Below are positions 63,592 through 64,000 of a DNA stretch of 64,000 nt, piece by piece; positions within the stretch are counted from its first letter, which is position 1; each line of letters opens with the position of its first letter. Where the stretch lies: IMG/VR virus record IMGVR_UViG_3300034170_000057; one strand, written 5' to 3'. The notes below the pieces were generated by a model. That model was given only the letters and a program-made list of their open reading frames with translations, did no database searches and was not told the DNA's origin. The stretch comes from a virus (lineage: Duplodnaviria > Caudoviricetes). The translations under genes and the position numbers were made by a program.

Positions 63592-64000
63592 ATGACTGAT
63601 ACGCCAGCCCAAGAGAAATTTCGGGATGTATTAAAAAGTCGTGACTTGCTAGGCAATCAAAGTTTTAAACAGACGCATTTGTTTACCTCGTTCGCCGCCA
63701 TCCGTGCGTCGTTCAAACGATATTTTAAACTTGAGGATTTGCCGTTCGTTCACAACAACGATGCAAAGATGGTGCAACGGTCGAAGCTGGTGCCGACGTA
63801 TCCCTATGCCTACGTGAGCGTGAACAGCATTGCAAAGACTGAGGCTCATTTGCTATCGACGACAATTCGCCGTCGTGGCTCCGGGGATGTTCTGGATGGC
63901 TCGAATAGCCAAATCACCCGGCTGCATTATTTCCCAATTACACTTCGTTATGAACTCCACTACATCACGAACGATTATTTCGATGCGATCCGTTTCATCG
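63592..64000 (+). CDS. 5' part of a putative neck/tail-terminator-like structural protein (partial)
   Basis: GGAGG SD; open to the window end: MTDTPAQEKFRDVLK...YPYAYVSV...FPITLRYELHYITNDYFDAIRFI. Confidence 0.6.
   Translation, partial: MTDTPAQEKFRDVLKSRDLLGNQSFKQTHLFTSFAAIRASFKRYFKLEDLPFVHNNDAKMVQRSKLVPTYPYAYVSVNSIAKTEAHLLSTTIRRRGSGDVLDGSNSQITRLHYFPITLRYELHYITNDYFDAIRFI

Noticed and set aside
1-64000. tRNA, tmRNA or rRNA genes
   Set aside because: Intergenic gaps are short and none shows a T-loop GTTCGA with cloverleaf arms; tRNAscan/Aragorn would be needed to exclude them formally.

Overview
The window is a 64-kb segment of a large (jumbo-type) myovirus genome at roughly 50% GC. Essentially all credible genes lie on the + strand and are tightly chained, often by ATGA overlaps. 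Replication/repair genes recognisable from motifs: DnaX-like clamp loader, SbcC/gp46 and SbcD/gp47 nuclease subunits, family-A DNA polymerase with an N-terminal UDG-like domain, beta-clamp-like protein, UvsW-like SF2 helicase, a 2023-aa SNF2-like helicase and an NAD-dependent ligase. Virion genes: tail sheath, Ig-like repeat proteins, putative prohead protease, scaffold-like protein, decoration-like protein and major capsid protein (MCP). Accessory genes include a histone-H1/AT-hook-like protein, a J-domain protein, a PTH2-like protein, a GT2-TPR glycosyltransferase and a zincin peptidase. From memory rather than a search, this gene set resembles Lu11/PaBG/RSL1/Y3-type jumbo phages. No tRNA, rRNA, CRISPR array or transposase was seen. 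Most notable unexplained signals: (1) a stand-alone 128-aa copy of part of the MCP (28/50 identical residues, ungapped); (2) two promoter-like motifs, TACTGTAAATA (mainly before replication genes) and TAATTTAW (before structural genes); (3) a candidate ~90-nt sRNA with its own promoter and terminator whose single-stranded region is complementary to the MCP ribosome-binding site; (4) a recurring A-[VT]-A-S motif in head proteins that may be the prohead-protease cleavage site; (5) poly-Lys tags on unrelated proteins plus a multi-AT-hook histone-like protein. All function calls come from motif recognition by eye; no database search was run.
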